Below, one piece after another: positions 19,822-29,432 of a DNA stretch of 64,000 nt; the stretch's first letter is position 1; every line of letters begins with the position of its first letter. Under the pieces are notes generated by a model. The model did not search any database and was not told the DNA's origin. It saw only the letters and a list, made by a program, of their open reading frames with translations. Position numbers and translations under genes: made by a program. The DNA is from Euzebyales bacterium (GTDB lineage: Bacteria > Actinomycetota > Nitriliruptoria > Euzebyales > JAHELV01), in NCBI GenBank assembly GCA_035461305.1, contig DATHVN010000163.1:5840-69839 (forward strand), written 5' to 3'.

Positions 19822-20292
19822 TCACAGGTACGGCTGCGTGGCACGCGACGTCGACCGGTCGTCGGCGCGCTGCGTTGCCAGCCGCATCTCCTCGAGCTGA
19901 TGCTGCGCCGTGAGCTGCTGGCTCCACAGCGTCGCGTGCACCCCCTGCATCAGGCCCTCGAGCCACCCCGTCAGCTGTGCCTGCGCGACGCGCAGCTCCC
20001 CCTGGGTGGGGACCTCGGTGTCGAGCTCGGGCAGCAGGGCACCAAGCTCGTCGGCGAGCTGCGGGCCGACGGCGTCGCGCAGGACGGCGACCGACCGCGC
20101 GTAGATGTCACGGAAGCGGGCACGGGCACGCTCGTCCAGCTCGGTCCCGTGCAGCTCCTGCAGCAGGATACGGGCCATCCATGCCAGCCGCAGCGCCGTG
20201 AACGGTGAGATCTCGTCGCCGCGTGCGTCCTCGGGCTGCGCCTCCGGCACGCCGGAGCGCGGCACGATCACGTGGTCGGACGTCTCGTTCAT
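19822..20292 (-). CDS. bpa: bacterial proteasome activator Bpa/PafE
   Basis: The segment ELRVAQAQLTGWLEGLMQGVHATLWSQQLTAQHQLEEMR matches the conserved Bpa helix of mycobacterial Rv3780. The C-terminus ends in PYL (penultimate Tyr, as in GQYL). Confidence 0.85.
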   Translation of the reverse strand: MNETSDHVIVPRSGVPEAQPEDARGDEISPFTALRLAWMARILLQELHGTELDERARARFRDIYARSVAVLRDAVGPQLADELGALLPELDTEVPTQGELRVAQAQLTGWLEGLMQGVHATLWSQQLTAQHQLEEMRLATQRADDRSTSRATQPYL

Positions 20293-20504
20293 GGCTCGTC
20301 ACCAGGTTCGGGCGTGCGCAGCTGCTGTCGCGCTCGCGAGCTGTCAGGACCCAGCCTGCGCGCACCCGACCGACGGGAGCAGGGGCGAAGGTCCCACCGG
20401 GCGGCGACGGTCGGAGGGGTCCAGACGCGGGCCCGCGGGGGGCGCTCTGCGACCCTGCCGCAGCGGGTCGGGCACCTGGCGCGATCAACGGTGACGGTAC
20501 GGGA

Positions 20505-20822
20505 ATGGAGGGCGCCATGACGGCGATCCGCCGGTTCGCGGCGTCAGGGCTCTGGGTGGTGTGCGGCCGCGCGCGGACAGTTGGCGTGTTGTTGCTGGTG
20601 GCTGTCCTGCTGCCACCGGCCTGTACCAGCGACGGGGAGACGGACCGGGCGCGCCTGCCCAATCCCGCCAGCGTCCACTGTGAGGAGCATGGCGGCCGGG
20701 TGGAGATCGTCGAGGATCCGGATGGCTCGCAGCGTGGACAGTGCGTGTTCCCCGACAGCTCCCGGTGCGACGAGTGGGCGTTCTACCATGGGCGTTGCGC
20801 ACCTGGCGACCACCCCTCCTGA
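20505..20822 (+). CDS. DUF333-family lipoprotein (putative hemolysin-like)
   Basis: A signal peptide with lipobox LLPPAC is followed by the DUF333 signature NPASVHCEEHGG...GQCVFPDSSRCDEWAFYHGRC. Confidence 0.8.
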   Translation: MEGAMTAIRRFAASGLWVVCGRARTVGVLLLVAVLLPPACTSDGETDRARLPNPASVHCEEHGGRVEIVEDPDGSQRGQCVFPDSSRCDEWAFYHGRCAPGDHPS

Positions 20823-20892
20823 CGTACCACACCGCTCGCCCTGTGGGGACCGAGGACTCTGGTGTGCGCTGACAGGTCACGGAGCGTGGGGC

Positions 20893-21190
20893 ATGACGAC
20901 CGACGACGTCCGTGCCCGCACGCTCACACCGCAGCCACGGCTGTTGGCGGGGCCACGTTGAGCGTGGCCGACATCGGCCCCTGGCTAGCGCGACACCTAC
21001 GGGACGATCGCCGGCGTCCTCGGGGCGCGGGGCGAAGTCGTCGACGGCCCGCCGTTCACACGGTTTCACCACCTTGGATGATGGACGGTTCAGGGTCGAG
21101 GCGGGGTTCCCGGTCGGACACGACGTGAGCAGTCGTGATGAGGTGGACGCCCGGTGCCATGCGGACACGGCACCGAGCGTCGCGTCACCT
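20893..21190 (+). pseudogene. decayed GyrI-like small-molecule-binding domain gene (stops and frameshifts)
   Basis: GyrI-like pieces lie in different frames: MTTDDVRARTLTPQPRLLAGPR then TGA (20959-20961); VADIGPWLARHL; TYGTIAGVLGARGEVVDGPPFTRFHHLG then TGA; DDGRFRVEAGFPVGHDV. Confidence 0.45.
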
Positions 21191-22092
21191 CACGGCTCGA
21201 GGCACGCGGGGATCGAGTCGGACCGTCCGGTCGGGATCTCGGTCGTGCCCTGGGGGTCGTAGACCTTGACCCACCGCACGGTGGGGAACTGCCGCAGCGT
21301 CGGCATGATCTCACCGGCCACGGTCACCGTGGAACCGCCACTGTCGCACCCGCCCGTCAGCTGCACCCTGGCGATCCTGCGCCTGTTGACCGACAGGTTC
21401 GTGAACCCCGTCGACTGCGAGCGCAGGAGCGTGAGGCCGTCCCTTCGCTCCGCACGCGTGGGCCCGGCGTACACGCGGTGCAGCGCTCCGCGGGCGACCG
21501 CCGGCACCGGCACCGAGCGACGGACCGCACGGAAGAACGGCGGCGCGTTGGCCACGAACCGGTCCTCGTCGAAGAACCACGTCTTCACGCGCGTACGCTC
21601 GAAGTTGGTACGGATGTCGATGACGTAGCGGCTCGGGTGCCGCAGACGCATGGTGCGCAGGATCGACGTCTTCTTCATCAGGCCGACGCCGAACGACACG
21701 ACGGCCTCGAAGTCGCCGCTGTTGACAACCGTGCCGGTGTTGGGAAGATCGTACGCGCGGCGGCGCGCCCCGTAGGTGGTCGTGCCGTCCTCGTTGTGTG
21801 CGACCACCGGGAACGTCGAGACCTCGAGGAACGCGTCGCCGGCGACGCGCACGGGGAGGCCGGACGGGTCGGCGACGATCCGTTCGACCCAGCGCACCCT
21901 CGTGCGATCGGGCAACCTGCCCGAGAACTCGAACACCAGCCGGTCGTACCCGCTGTGATGCGCGGCGCGGATCTCCCGCAGCGTCGGCACCCCCCGTGCC
22001 TGTGTTCCTGTGGTCGCTCCTGCGCCGACCGTGCTCGCGATGAGGGCGAACACAGTCAGCAGCGCGACCGCGATGATGCGGAGCCGTCCCAT
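21190..22092 (-). CDS. secreted GerMN-domain protein
   Basis: Start MGRLRIIAVALLTVFALIAS (signal peptide) follows GGAGGTGG. The C-terminal half is GerMN-like (FFDEDRF...ALHRVYAGPT...IMPTLRQFPTVRWVKVYD). Confidence 0.8.
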   Translation of the reverse strand: MGRLRIIAVALLTVFALIASTVGAGATTGTQARGVPTLREIRAAHHSGYDRLVFEFSGRLPDRTRVRWVERIVADPSGLPVRVAGDAFLEVSTFPVVAHNEDGTTTYGARRRAYDLPNTGTVVNSGDFEAVVSFGVGLMKKTSILRTMRLRHPSRYVIDIRTNFERTRVKTWFFDEDRFVANAPPFFRAVRRSVPVPAVARGALHRVYAGPTRAERRDGLTLLRSQSTGFTNLSVNRRRIARVQLTGGCDSGGSTVTVAGEIMPTLRQFPTVRWVKVYDPQGTTEIPTGRSDSIPACLEP

Positions 22093-22112
22093 GGACCACC
22101 ACCTCCGAAGCG

Positions 22113-22367
22113 TCAATGCAGCCGTCCCCTGCATGGCGCGGCCGCACCGCTCCCTCCCGACGGGCAGACCGCGGGGCGCTCCGCACCGTTGGCGAGGATG
22201 ACCGCCGAGCCGTCGTCGTGCCAGAGGACGACGGCCTGTCCGGTCGCGGCGTTCGGCACGGTCTTCGCGTCCCCGGACGTCGCACCGGCACAGGGACCTT
22301 GGCCCTGGCTGGCCGCCCGGTTCGCTGTCAGCGTCGACCCCGACGTGACGACGCTCGGAGGCACCAT
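22113..22367 (-). CDS. possible small Cys-containing hypothetical protein
   Basis: An 84-aa ORF ends 20 nt upstream of the GerMN gene start. GC3 is about 80%. No recognisable family. Confidence 0.3.
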   Translation of the reverse strand: MVPPSVVTSGSTLTANRAASQGQGPCAGATSGDAKTVPNAATGQAVVLWHDDGSAVILANGAERPAVCPSGGSGAAAPCRGRLH

Positions 22368-22538
22368 GTCGGCGCAGGCGCGCGGGATCGTCGCCTGCCG
22401 GTGGTTTCGCTCGTCGTGGCTGCATGCGGTGGCGGGCTGGGTCGGATGCCGCCACTGCTGCGACCTCGGTCCATGGTCCGTGTGGTATGAGGGCCGGTCG
22501 TCTCTCGCGCCGGCCCCACGAAGGCGTCACCATGGGGG

Positions 22539-23441
22539 ATGACGGCATTCGTCGCTCATGCGGCGGCGGTGGCGGTGGGAGAGGACATGGCGTTGGTCGC
22601 GGGCACCGCGTCGCGCACCGCATCGGGCGCGTCGCGGGCTGCAAGGCGGCCCGGGACCTTCACCGAGATCGAGTTCTCTGGGCTACCTGAGCCGGTTGGG
22701 CGCTACTTCGCCGCGGCGATCACGCCCGGAGTCCCGCTGGATCGGTCGGTCCACGTCGACGTACGCGGCACCGTCCGACACCGTCGCTGGGTGCCGTTCC
22801 GCGCCCGCTACGAGCTCACGCGCACCTTCGACTTCGTCGGGCTCGGGCACGCGGCAGAGCTCGGCGTCGGGGTCGAGCAGTATGTCGCCGGTGTCGCGGT
22901 ACAGCACGTGCGGTTGGCGGGCCTGGTGCCGTTGCGACGGGCCTCAGGCGTGCAGCTGTCACGCAGCACGGCGGGCCGGGCGGCGATCGGCGCGCTGGTC
23001 CTGCCGACGGCGTTGCTCCCGAGGTTCGGTGCGCGGTGGGCGGCCGAGGACGACCACCTGATCCGTGGGGAGCTGCGGGTGCACGGTGAGCCGGTCGTGC
23101 TGCGGCTCCGCATCGACGGTGGCGGCCGCCCACTGGCGGCCGTCGTGGACAGGTGGGGCGACCCGCTGCGCAGTGGCTGGTGCACCCGGCACACGTTCGG
23201 CGCGGTGTTCACCGAGCAGGCGACGTTCGACGGCCTCACGGTCCCCAGCGCCGGACGTGCCGGCTGGTTCATCGACACCGAGCGGTGGCGTGACGGCGAG
23301 AACATCCGGTTCCGGGTGACCGCGTCGTCTCCGGGCAGGTTCGACGGCTGGTCGGACTGGCGGCTCCGCTATCCTGTCGCACGCCACGCGCGGTCGAGAT
23401 CGCGCCCGGGCGCGTGGAGTGACGGTGTCGGAGGGCCGTGA
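22539..23441 (+). CDS. DUF6544-like hypothetical protein
   Basis: The pattern LPEPVGRYF...RWVPFRARYE...LPTALLP...FDGLTVPSAGRAGWF is typical of this family. Its stop overlaps the next start (ATGA at 23438). Confidence 0.65.
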   Translation: MTAFVAHAAAVAVGEDMALVAGTASRTASGASRAARRPGTFTEIEFSGLPEPVGRYFAAAITPGVPLDRSVHVDVRGTVRHRRWVPFRARYELTRTFDFVGLGHAAELGVGVEQYVAGVAVQHVRLAGLVPLRRASGVQLSRSTAGRAAIGALVLPTALLPRFGARWAAEDDHLIRGELRVHGEPVVLRLRIDGGGRPLAAVVDRWGDPLRSGWCTRHTFGAVFTEQATFDGLTVPSAGRAGWFIDTERWRDGENIRFRVTASSPGRFDGWSDWRLRYPVARHARSRSRPGAWSDGVGGP

Positions 23442-25555
23442 TGGCGACGTTCCCATCGGGAGCGATGGACGAGATCGTGTGCGTCGAACGCGACTCGTTC
23501 TGCCTGTCCGCCCCATCCGGGCAGGTCGTCGACGGCGGCGATCACGGCCTGTTCATCCGGGACACCCGCGTGCTCAGCAGGTTCGAGGTCGCGATCAACG
23601 GCCGTGAGCCGGCCGCGCTCACCGGCACGCTCGTCGGCGGCGGCGCCGCCCGGTTCTGCTCGTCGTCGTTCGGTGCCGACCGGACCGACGACCCGACCCT
23701 GTTCATCGATCGCCGGCGGGTCGTCGCGGATTCCATGGTCGACGACATCCGCCTGACCAACTTCGGCACGACGGATCGCAAGGTGATCGTGGAGCTGTTC
23801 GCCGTGTCGGACTTCGCCTACATCTTCGACGTCAAGCACGGGCGCAGGCTGGCGCCTGCGCGCGTCACCGGCACCGACGGCGGCCTGCAGTTCACGGATC
23901 GCCAGGCCGACCGGCAGGTCATCCTGCGTCCCACGCCACCCGCCGACGTCATCGACCCCGACAGCGGCCGGCTGTTGTGGTCGGTGACGATCCCGGCCCG
24001 CGCGGCGTGGGACCTGACCGTTGCGGTCGGCTTCAGCGGTCCGGACTGGGTCACGTGGCCGACGCGGAGCTGGGCCGTCGCCACCGAACACCCCGAGCAG
24101 CCGACGGCCCCGCCGTGGACGTCGCCGACGATCACGTGCACCGGTCCCGGGCTCCCACGGCTCATCGAGCGGTCCCTGACCGACCTCGCATCGCTGCTCG
24201 TGGAGGATCCGCTCGACACGTCCGACGTGTTCCTCGCTGCTGGAAGCCCCTGGTTCCTGACGCTGTTCGGACGGGACGCGCTGTGGGCTGCGCGCATGAT
24301 GCTGCCGGTCACCGTCGATCTGGCCCACCACACGCTGCGCGTGCTGGCGCGTCGCCAAGGCGCGCGCCGCGACGAGCGGACCGAGGAGGCGCCGGGCAAG
24401 ATCCTGCACGAGGTCCGCCACGGTGGGCTCGTCGAGCGCGCCGACCTGCCGGCACGCTACTACGGCAGCGTCGACGCAACGCCGCTGTGGATCATCCTGC
24501 TGTCGGATGCGTGGCGATGGGGGTTGCCTGACGACGACGTCGCGGCGCTGCTGCCCGCGTGCGAACGCGCACTGGAGTGGATGGCGCGCGACGGCGACCC
24601 CGACGGCGACGGGTTCCTGGAGTACGCCGGGTCCGCCGATGGCCTGGCGAACCAGGGATGGAAGGACTCGCACGACGCGATCCCGTTCGCGGCCGGCGGC
24701 CTCGCGTCGCCGCCGATCGCGTTGTGCGAGGTGCAGGGGTACGCCCACGACGCGGCGGTGCGCGGCGCCGAGCTGCTCGACCACTTCGACCGGTCGGGCG
24801 GCGACCGCTGGCGCGCATGGGCCGGCGGTCTCCGCGAGCGCTTCCGTGCCAGCTACTGGGTCGATGACGGCGCAGGTGCGTACCCCGCCCTGGCCCTCGA
24901 CGGCGCGAAGCGCCGCGTGGACGCCGTCGCCTCGAACATGGGCCATCTGCCGGGCACCGGCATCGTCGACCGCAGCGAGATCGCCTGCATCGCAGCGCGG
25001 TTGTCCGCGCCCGACATGGCCAGCGGCTGGGGCCTGCGCACGCTGTCCGCGACGTCGCCGCGGTTCAACCCGCTGTCGTACCACGGGGGGTCGGTGTGGC
25101 CACACGACACGGTCATCGCCGCAGCGAACCTCGCGCTCGCCGGCCACGGTGCCGCGGCGATGCGCCTCGCCGGCGGGCTCGTGGAGGCGGCCTCGGCCTT
25201 CCGTGGCAGGCTCCCGGAGCTGTTCGGTGGGGAGCAGCGCGTCGACGGCCTACCACCGCTGCCGTATCCGGCGGCGTGCCGTCCGCAGGCGTGGTCCGCG
25301 GCATCGTCGATGCTCCTGTTGCGCTGTCTGCTCGGTCTCGACCCGCACGTTCCGCACGGCACGCTACGCCTTCGTCCCGTGTGGCCACCACCGTTCGTGG
25401 GGTTGGAGGTGACGGGACTAGGGGTCGGCGGCTGCGACCTGTCGGTCGCCGTCAATGCCGATGGCGTGTGGGTCGACGCGGTGCCGGCGGAGCTGAGGGT
25501 CGAGGTGGTCGGCGCGCCGACCCTGTCCCGTCCGCCGGGGCCTCGCGCGGTCTGA
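23438..25555 (+). CDS. amylo-alpha-1,6-glucosidase / glycogen-debranching-enzyme-like protein
   Basis: An N-terminal GDE_N-like beta domain is followed by an (alpha/alpha)6 catalytic domain, with motifs AAGSPWFLTLFGRDALW, GKILHE, DATPLWI, NQGWKDS and SYHGGSVWPHD. Confidence 0.88.
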   Translation: MMATFPSGAMDEIVCVERDSFCLSAPSGQVVDGGDHGLFIRDTRVLSRFEVAINGREPAALTGTLVGGGAARFCSSSFGADRTDDPTLFIDRRRVVADSMVDDIRLTNFGTTDRKVIVELFAVSDFAYIFDVKHGRRLAPARVTGTDGGLQFTDRQADRQVILRPTPPADVIDPDSGRLLWSVTIPARAAWDLTVAVGFSGPDWVTWPTRSWAVATEHPEQPTAPPWTSPTITCTGPGLPRLIERSLTDLASLLVEDPLDTSDVFLAAGSPWFLTLFGRDALWAARMMLPVTVDLAHHTLRVLARRQGARRDERTEEAPGKILHEVRHGGLVERADLPARYYGSVDATPLWIILLSDAWRWGLPDDDVAALLPACERALEWMARDGDPDGDGFLEYAGSADGLANQGWKDSHDAIPFAAGGLASPPIALCEVQGYAHDAAVRGAELLDHFDRSGGDRWRAWAGGLRERFRASYWVDDGAGAYPALALDGAKRRVDAVASNMGHLPGTGIVDRSEIACIAARLSAPDMASGWGLRTLSATSPRFNPLSYHGGSVWPHDTVIAAANLALAGHGAAAMRLAGGLVEAASAFRGRLPELFGGEQRVDGLPPLPYPAACRPQAWSAASSMLLLRCLLGLDPHVPHGTLRLRPVWPPPFVGLEVTGLGVGGCDLSVAVNADGVWVDAVPAELRVEVVGAPTLSRPPGPRAV

Positions 25556-25669
25556 CACCCGTACGGCGACGACACGGACGGGATGCCGACGGATACCGGG
25601 CCGTTGGGCCCTGTTTGTGTGCGCAGCGCAGGGCAGTGTTGGGTGGGCCCAGCGGCGGAAAGGGGAGGC

Positions 25670-26758
25670 ATGCGGATCCTGCAGATCGCGCCACCGTGGT
25701 TTGCCGTGCCGCCGACCGGCTACGGCGGCATCGAGCGTGTGGTCGCGAACCTGGCCGATGGCCTGGTCGCTGGCGGACACGACGTGACGCTGCTGGCGTC
25801 GGGTGGCTCACGGACGACCGCGCGGCTGTGGACCGTCTTCGACGAGCCACCGTCGCGGGCGCTCGGCTGTCCCGCGCACGAGATCACGCATTGGATGCGC
25901 GCGCACGAGGCACGGGACGACTTCGATATGATCCACGACCACTCGTCCATCGTGGGCGCGGCGCTGGCGGCGGTAGGGGGCGGGCCGCCCGTCGTGCACA
26001 CGATGCACGGGCCGTGGGAGCCCCACATCGCCGCGGCCTACCGCGCGTTGCCGCCGGGCCTGCACATCGCCGCGATCAGTGAGGACCATGCGCGCCGGGC
26101 GCCGAGCGGTCTGGACGTCGAGGTCGTCCACAACGGCATCGACCTGTCGCGGTTCCCGTTCCGCGGCACGCCCGACAGCCAGGGTCACCTGGCCTTCGTG
26201 GGTCGCGCAAACCCGGAGAAGGGGCCGGACGTCGCGATCCGCGTGGCGCGCCACCTCGGCCGGCCGCTGCGCATGGCGTTGAAGATCAACGAGCCGAACG
26301 AGTGCCGCTACCTCGACGAGGTGCTCCGACCGCTGCTGACCGACGTCGACGTCGATCTCGTGCTCAACGGCTCGGCGGCCCAGTCGGCTGCGATCCTGGC
26401 CGGCGCGATCGCGACGCTGGCGCCACTGGCGTGGGACGAGCCGTTCGGACTCGCGCTGGCCGAGTCGATGGCCTGCGGCACCCCTGTCGTCGCCTACGAC
26501 AGGGGCGCGGCCGGCGAGGTCATCGTCGACGGCGAGACCGGCTACCTTGTCGCGCCGGGTGACGTGGACGGCCTGTGCACGGCTGTCGAGAAGGCCACCG
26601 GCCTGTCCCGGACGGCCTGCCGTCGCCGGGTGGCCGACCGCTTCTCGGCCTCGGCGATGGTCTCCCGATACACGGCCCTGTACGAGCGCGTGATCGGCAG
26701 AACGCACCCCCAGATCCTCAGGGTCGCCTCGCGCGTCCTGTCGAGCGTGCGCGGCTGA
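25670..26758 (+). CDS. GT4-family glycosyltransferase
   Basis: Start MRILQIAPPW follows AAAGGGGAGG. The N-terminus reads GYGGIERVV and the C-terminal GT-B motif is EPFGLALAESMACGTPVVAYDRGAAGEVIVDGETGYLV. Confidence 0.9.
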   Translation: MRILQIAPPWFAVPPTGYGGIERVVANLADGLVAGGHDVTLLASGGSRTTARLWTVFDEPPSRALGCPAHEITHWMRAHEARDDFDMIHDHSSIVGAALAAVGGGPPVVHTMHGPWEPHIAAAYRALPPGLHIAAISEDHARRAPSGLDVEVVHNGIDLSRFPFRGTPDSQGHLAFVGRANPEKGPDVAIRVARHLGRPLRMALKINEPNECRYLDEVLRPLLTDVDVDLVLNGSAAQSAAILAGAIATLAPLAWDEPFGLALAESMACGTPVVAYDRGAAGEVIVDGETGYLVAPGDVDGLCTAVEKATGLSRTACRRRVADRFSASAMVSRYTALYERVIGRTHPQILRVASRVLSSVRG

Positions 26759-26877
26759 CACGGGTGCCGCGCGTACGGCGCGGCCAGCTTCGTGGCCGGT
26801 CCGACACGGTCGTCCGCCCCGGAAACGGCAGGCCGACGGTTCTGCGACGCCGCATGACGCCTTGCCTGGACACGCCG

Positions 26878-28113
26878 CTAGAGGATGCGCGCCACCACCG
26901 GCACGCGGCTGATGAGCAACCAGGCGAGCGCGAACGAGCCGGCGATGCCGCCCCCTGCCACGATGAGCGCCTTGGCCTCGGCCGGCAGCGGTGCGGCGCG
27001 CAGGGCGACGGCGAGTCCGATCAGGACGACGCCCTGCACCATGAATGCACCGTAGGCTCTGCGGGCGAGCACCGGACCCCACCGGATACGACGATCGAGA
27101 CGGCGCTGCGCGACGCCGAGCAGCCACACCGATCCGAACACGGTCAGCGCGGTCTCGATGACGGCGAACACGACCGCCGACCAGTGCCAGCTCCCCATGG
27201 CGGCATCCATCACGTCGAGGACGCTCGCGACGGCCAGGAAAACCGCCATGGCCGCGACCGCCCACAGCGTGATGGCGCCGCACCGTCGGCGGAGCTGGGC
27301 GGGGACGGCTGCCAGCCAGCCCCGCCGGGAGCCGGTGATCCCCAGCGCGAAGACCGCGAGGCACGCGGGCCACTCCCAGTAGTTCAGGTCCCAGAAGCCG
27401 CTCTCGCTCGCGTACGGGTACGCCAGGCGGACCAGGAACGCCGCCGGTGCGGTGGCGGCAGCGACGAGCAGCAGGTGGCGTGCGGTGATCTGGGCGGGTG
27501 CACGTCGGCCGGGGCGGTGCGGCCACACGCGTGCCCATGCCGCATAGGCGAGGGAGAACAGCAGCAGCACACCGACGAACCACAGGACACCGGTGTCGAG
27601 CTGTCGTTCGGGGCCGAGGTAGGCGTCCCAGTAGGAGCCGGGTGCGGCACCCAGTGGGTGCTCGAGCGCGTACATCATCGTGGGCTGCACCACCCCGACG
27701 AATAGGGCGAACGGAACCCCCAGCCGCAGCAGCCGGTCACGCATGAACCGTGCAGTGCCCTTGCGTTCCAGCGATGGCGGGGTGAGCAGGCCGGCGACGA
27801 GGAACAGCAGCGCGATCATGAACAGCCCGAACGGGGTGACGACGACCAGCAGCACCCCCTCGGTCACCGGCGACAGCGTGACCTCCCGCACGCCTGTGTA
27901 CGACCACGCCTCGATCGTTCCCGCGTAGCCCAGGATCGCGTGGAGCGCGATGATCGCCGCGATCAGGACGACCTTGAGGTTGTCGACGTACACGTGCCGC
28001 GTCGACGCCCACTGTTGCACCGCGGAGCCATGTCCGCCTGCTCCCGTCTCGCGAGCAGCACCCGGAGCCGTGATCGTCACGACCTGACCGTCGTGTGCGC
28101 CCCTGCCTGGCAC
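26878..28113 (-). CDS. acyltransferase family 3 integral membrane protein
   Basis: About 10 predicted TM segments and the N-terminal VDNLKVVLIAAIIALH motif typical of acyltransferase_3. Exact start uncertain. Confidence 0.75.
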   Translation of the reverse strand: MPGRGAHDGQVVTITAPGAARETGAGGHGSAVQQWASTRHVYVDNLKVVLIAAIIALHAILGYAGTIEAWSYTGVREVTLSPVTEGVLLVVVTPFGLFMIALLFLVAGLLTPPSLERKGTARFMRDRLLRLGVPFALFVGVVQPTMMYALEHPLGAAPGSYWDAYLGPERQLDTGVLWFVGVLLLFSLAYAAWARVWPHRPGRRAPAQITARHLLLVAAATAPAAFLVRLAYPYASESGFWDLNYWEWPACLAVFALGITGSRRGWLAAVPAQLRRRCGAITLWAVAAMAVFLAVASVLDVMDAAMGSWHWSAVVFAVIETALTVFGSVWLLGVAQRRLDRRIRWGPVLARRAYGAFMVQGVVLIGLAVALRAAPLPAEAKALIVAGGGIAGSFALAWLLISRVPVVARIL

Positions 28114-28169
28114 AAGGGCCGAAGGTCCTCGCCGGTCCGACGACCTGCCTGGATCGAACGGGTGTCGTC

Positions 28170-29309
28170 TCAGGTGTGTTCGGGGCGCCGGGGACGCAAC
28201 GCTGCGATCTCGAGTCGGCGAACGACGTCGCTCGGCGAGACCAGGCCGACGAGGCGGTCCCCGTCGACGACCAGCGCGCGGCCGTCCGTGGCCGTGGTCA
28301 TCCGGGGCAGCAGGTCTGACAGCGCATCGTCAGATCGGGCGACCGGAACGTCGGCCAGCGGGCAGGCGACCTGGCCGACGGGCGTGGCGGCCCGCCGGCC
28401 GACAGGGATCCGCTTGACCCGTTGCAGCGTCACCATGCCGGTCAGCCGCCCATCATCGGTCACCGGGAACGTCGAGTGACGGTGTGCGAAGACGTAGGCA
28501 TCGAGGAACCGCGCGACCGTGATCTCCGCCGGCACCGTGACCGGGTCGGGCGACATCACGTCCGCGACCCGCACGCCCGCGAGTGCACCAGTGACCTCGG
28601 CCTGCTGCTCCTCCGCCGTCGCCGCCGTGGTGATGAACCAGCCGAGCAGCATGAGCCACAGCCCGCCCGGGTCGGCCATGACGAACTGGACGAGACCGAG
28701 AGCCACGAGCAGCCAGCCGAACCGTCTGCCCGCCCGGGAGGCTGTGACGGCGGCACCCACGCGGTCGCCCCGCAGCCGCCAGAGCAGCGCACGAAGGAGG
28801 CGGCCACCGTCCAGCGGCGCGGCCGGGATCAGGTTGAACACCGCCAGCACCAGGTTGATCGTGGCCAGCCACATGCATACGCCAGTCGGCAGGCCCGCCG
28901 ATCCGATGGCCCGCAACCCTACGCCGATCAGGGCGAACCCGGCCGCGAGCGCCAGGCTCACCGCCGGTCCGACGCCGGCGATCCTCAGCTCCGCGGATGG
29001 TGTCGCCGGCTCCCCCTGCAGCCGTGCGACCCCACCGAGCATCCACAGCGTGATGCCGTCGACCTCGACACCGTTGTGGCGCGCGACGACCGCGTGGGCG
29101 ATCTCGTGCGCCAGCAGCGACAGGAAGAACAGCATCCCGGCGATCAGCCCGGCAAGGGCGTAGGCCGCGGTGGTCCTCCCGGGATACACCATCGGGAACT
29201 GACCCGCGGCCAGCCCGAGCGTCACGAGCGCGAAGATGACGAGGACGCTCCAGTTGAATCCCACGGTGACGCCTGCGATCCGACCGAGTCGAACGTGCTC
29301 GTGCATCAT
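28170..29309 (-). CDS. M50 (site-2 protease family) zinc metalloprotease with C-terminal CBS pair (Rv2625c-type)
   Basis: The HExxH motif (LLAHEIAHAV) and the NLIPAAPLDGG motif are present, followed by two CBS motifs (VADVMSPDPVTVPAE...GMVTLQRV and LVGLVSPSDVV). Confidence 0.9.
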   Translation of the reverse strand: MMHEHVRLGRIAGVTVGFNWSVLVIFALVTLGLAAGQFPMVYPGRTTAAYALAGLIAGMLFFLSLLAHEIAHAVVARHNGVEVDGITLWMLGGVARLQGEPATPSAELRIAGVGPAVSLALAAGFALIGVGLRAIGSAGLPTGVCMWLATINLVLAVFNLIPAAPLDGGRLLRALLWRLRGDRVGAAVTASRAGRRFGWLLVALGLVQFVMADPGGLWLMLLGWFITTAATAEEQQAEVTGALAGVRVADVMSPDPVTVPAEITVARFLDAYVFAHRHSTFPVTDDGRLTGMVTLQRVKRIPVGRRAATPVGQVACPLADVPVARSDDALSDLLPRMTTATDGRALVVDGDRLVGLVSPSDVVRRLEIAALRPRRPEHT

Positions 29310-29432
29310 GGACCCCTTGGGGCGGCATCGCCGGATCAGGCGCCGCACCCAGCGTCGCTCGCACCGGTGTCGCGGTCCGGGCCGTTCGGCCCGGCATCGG
29401 CCTGCGTTGGCCTCGTGTGGCCCACGACCGCG

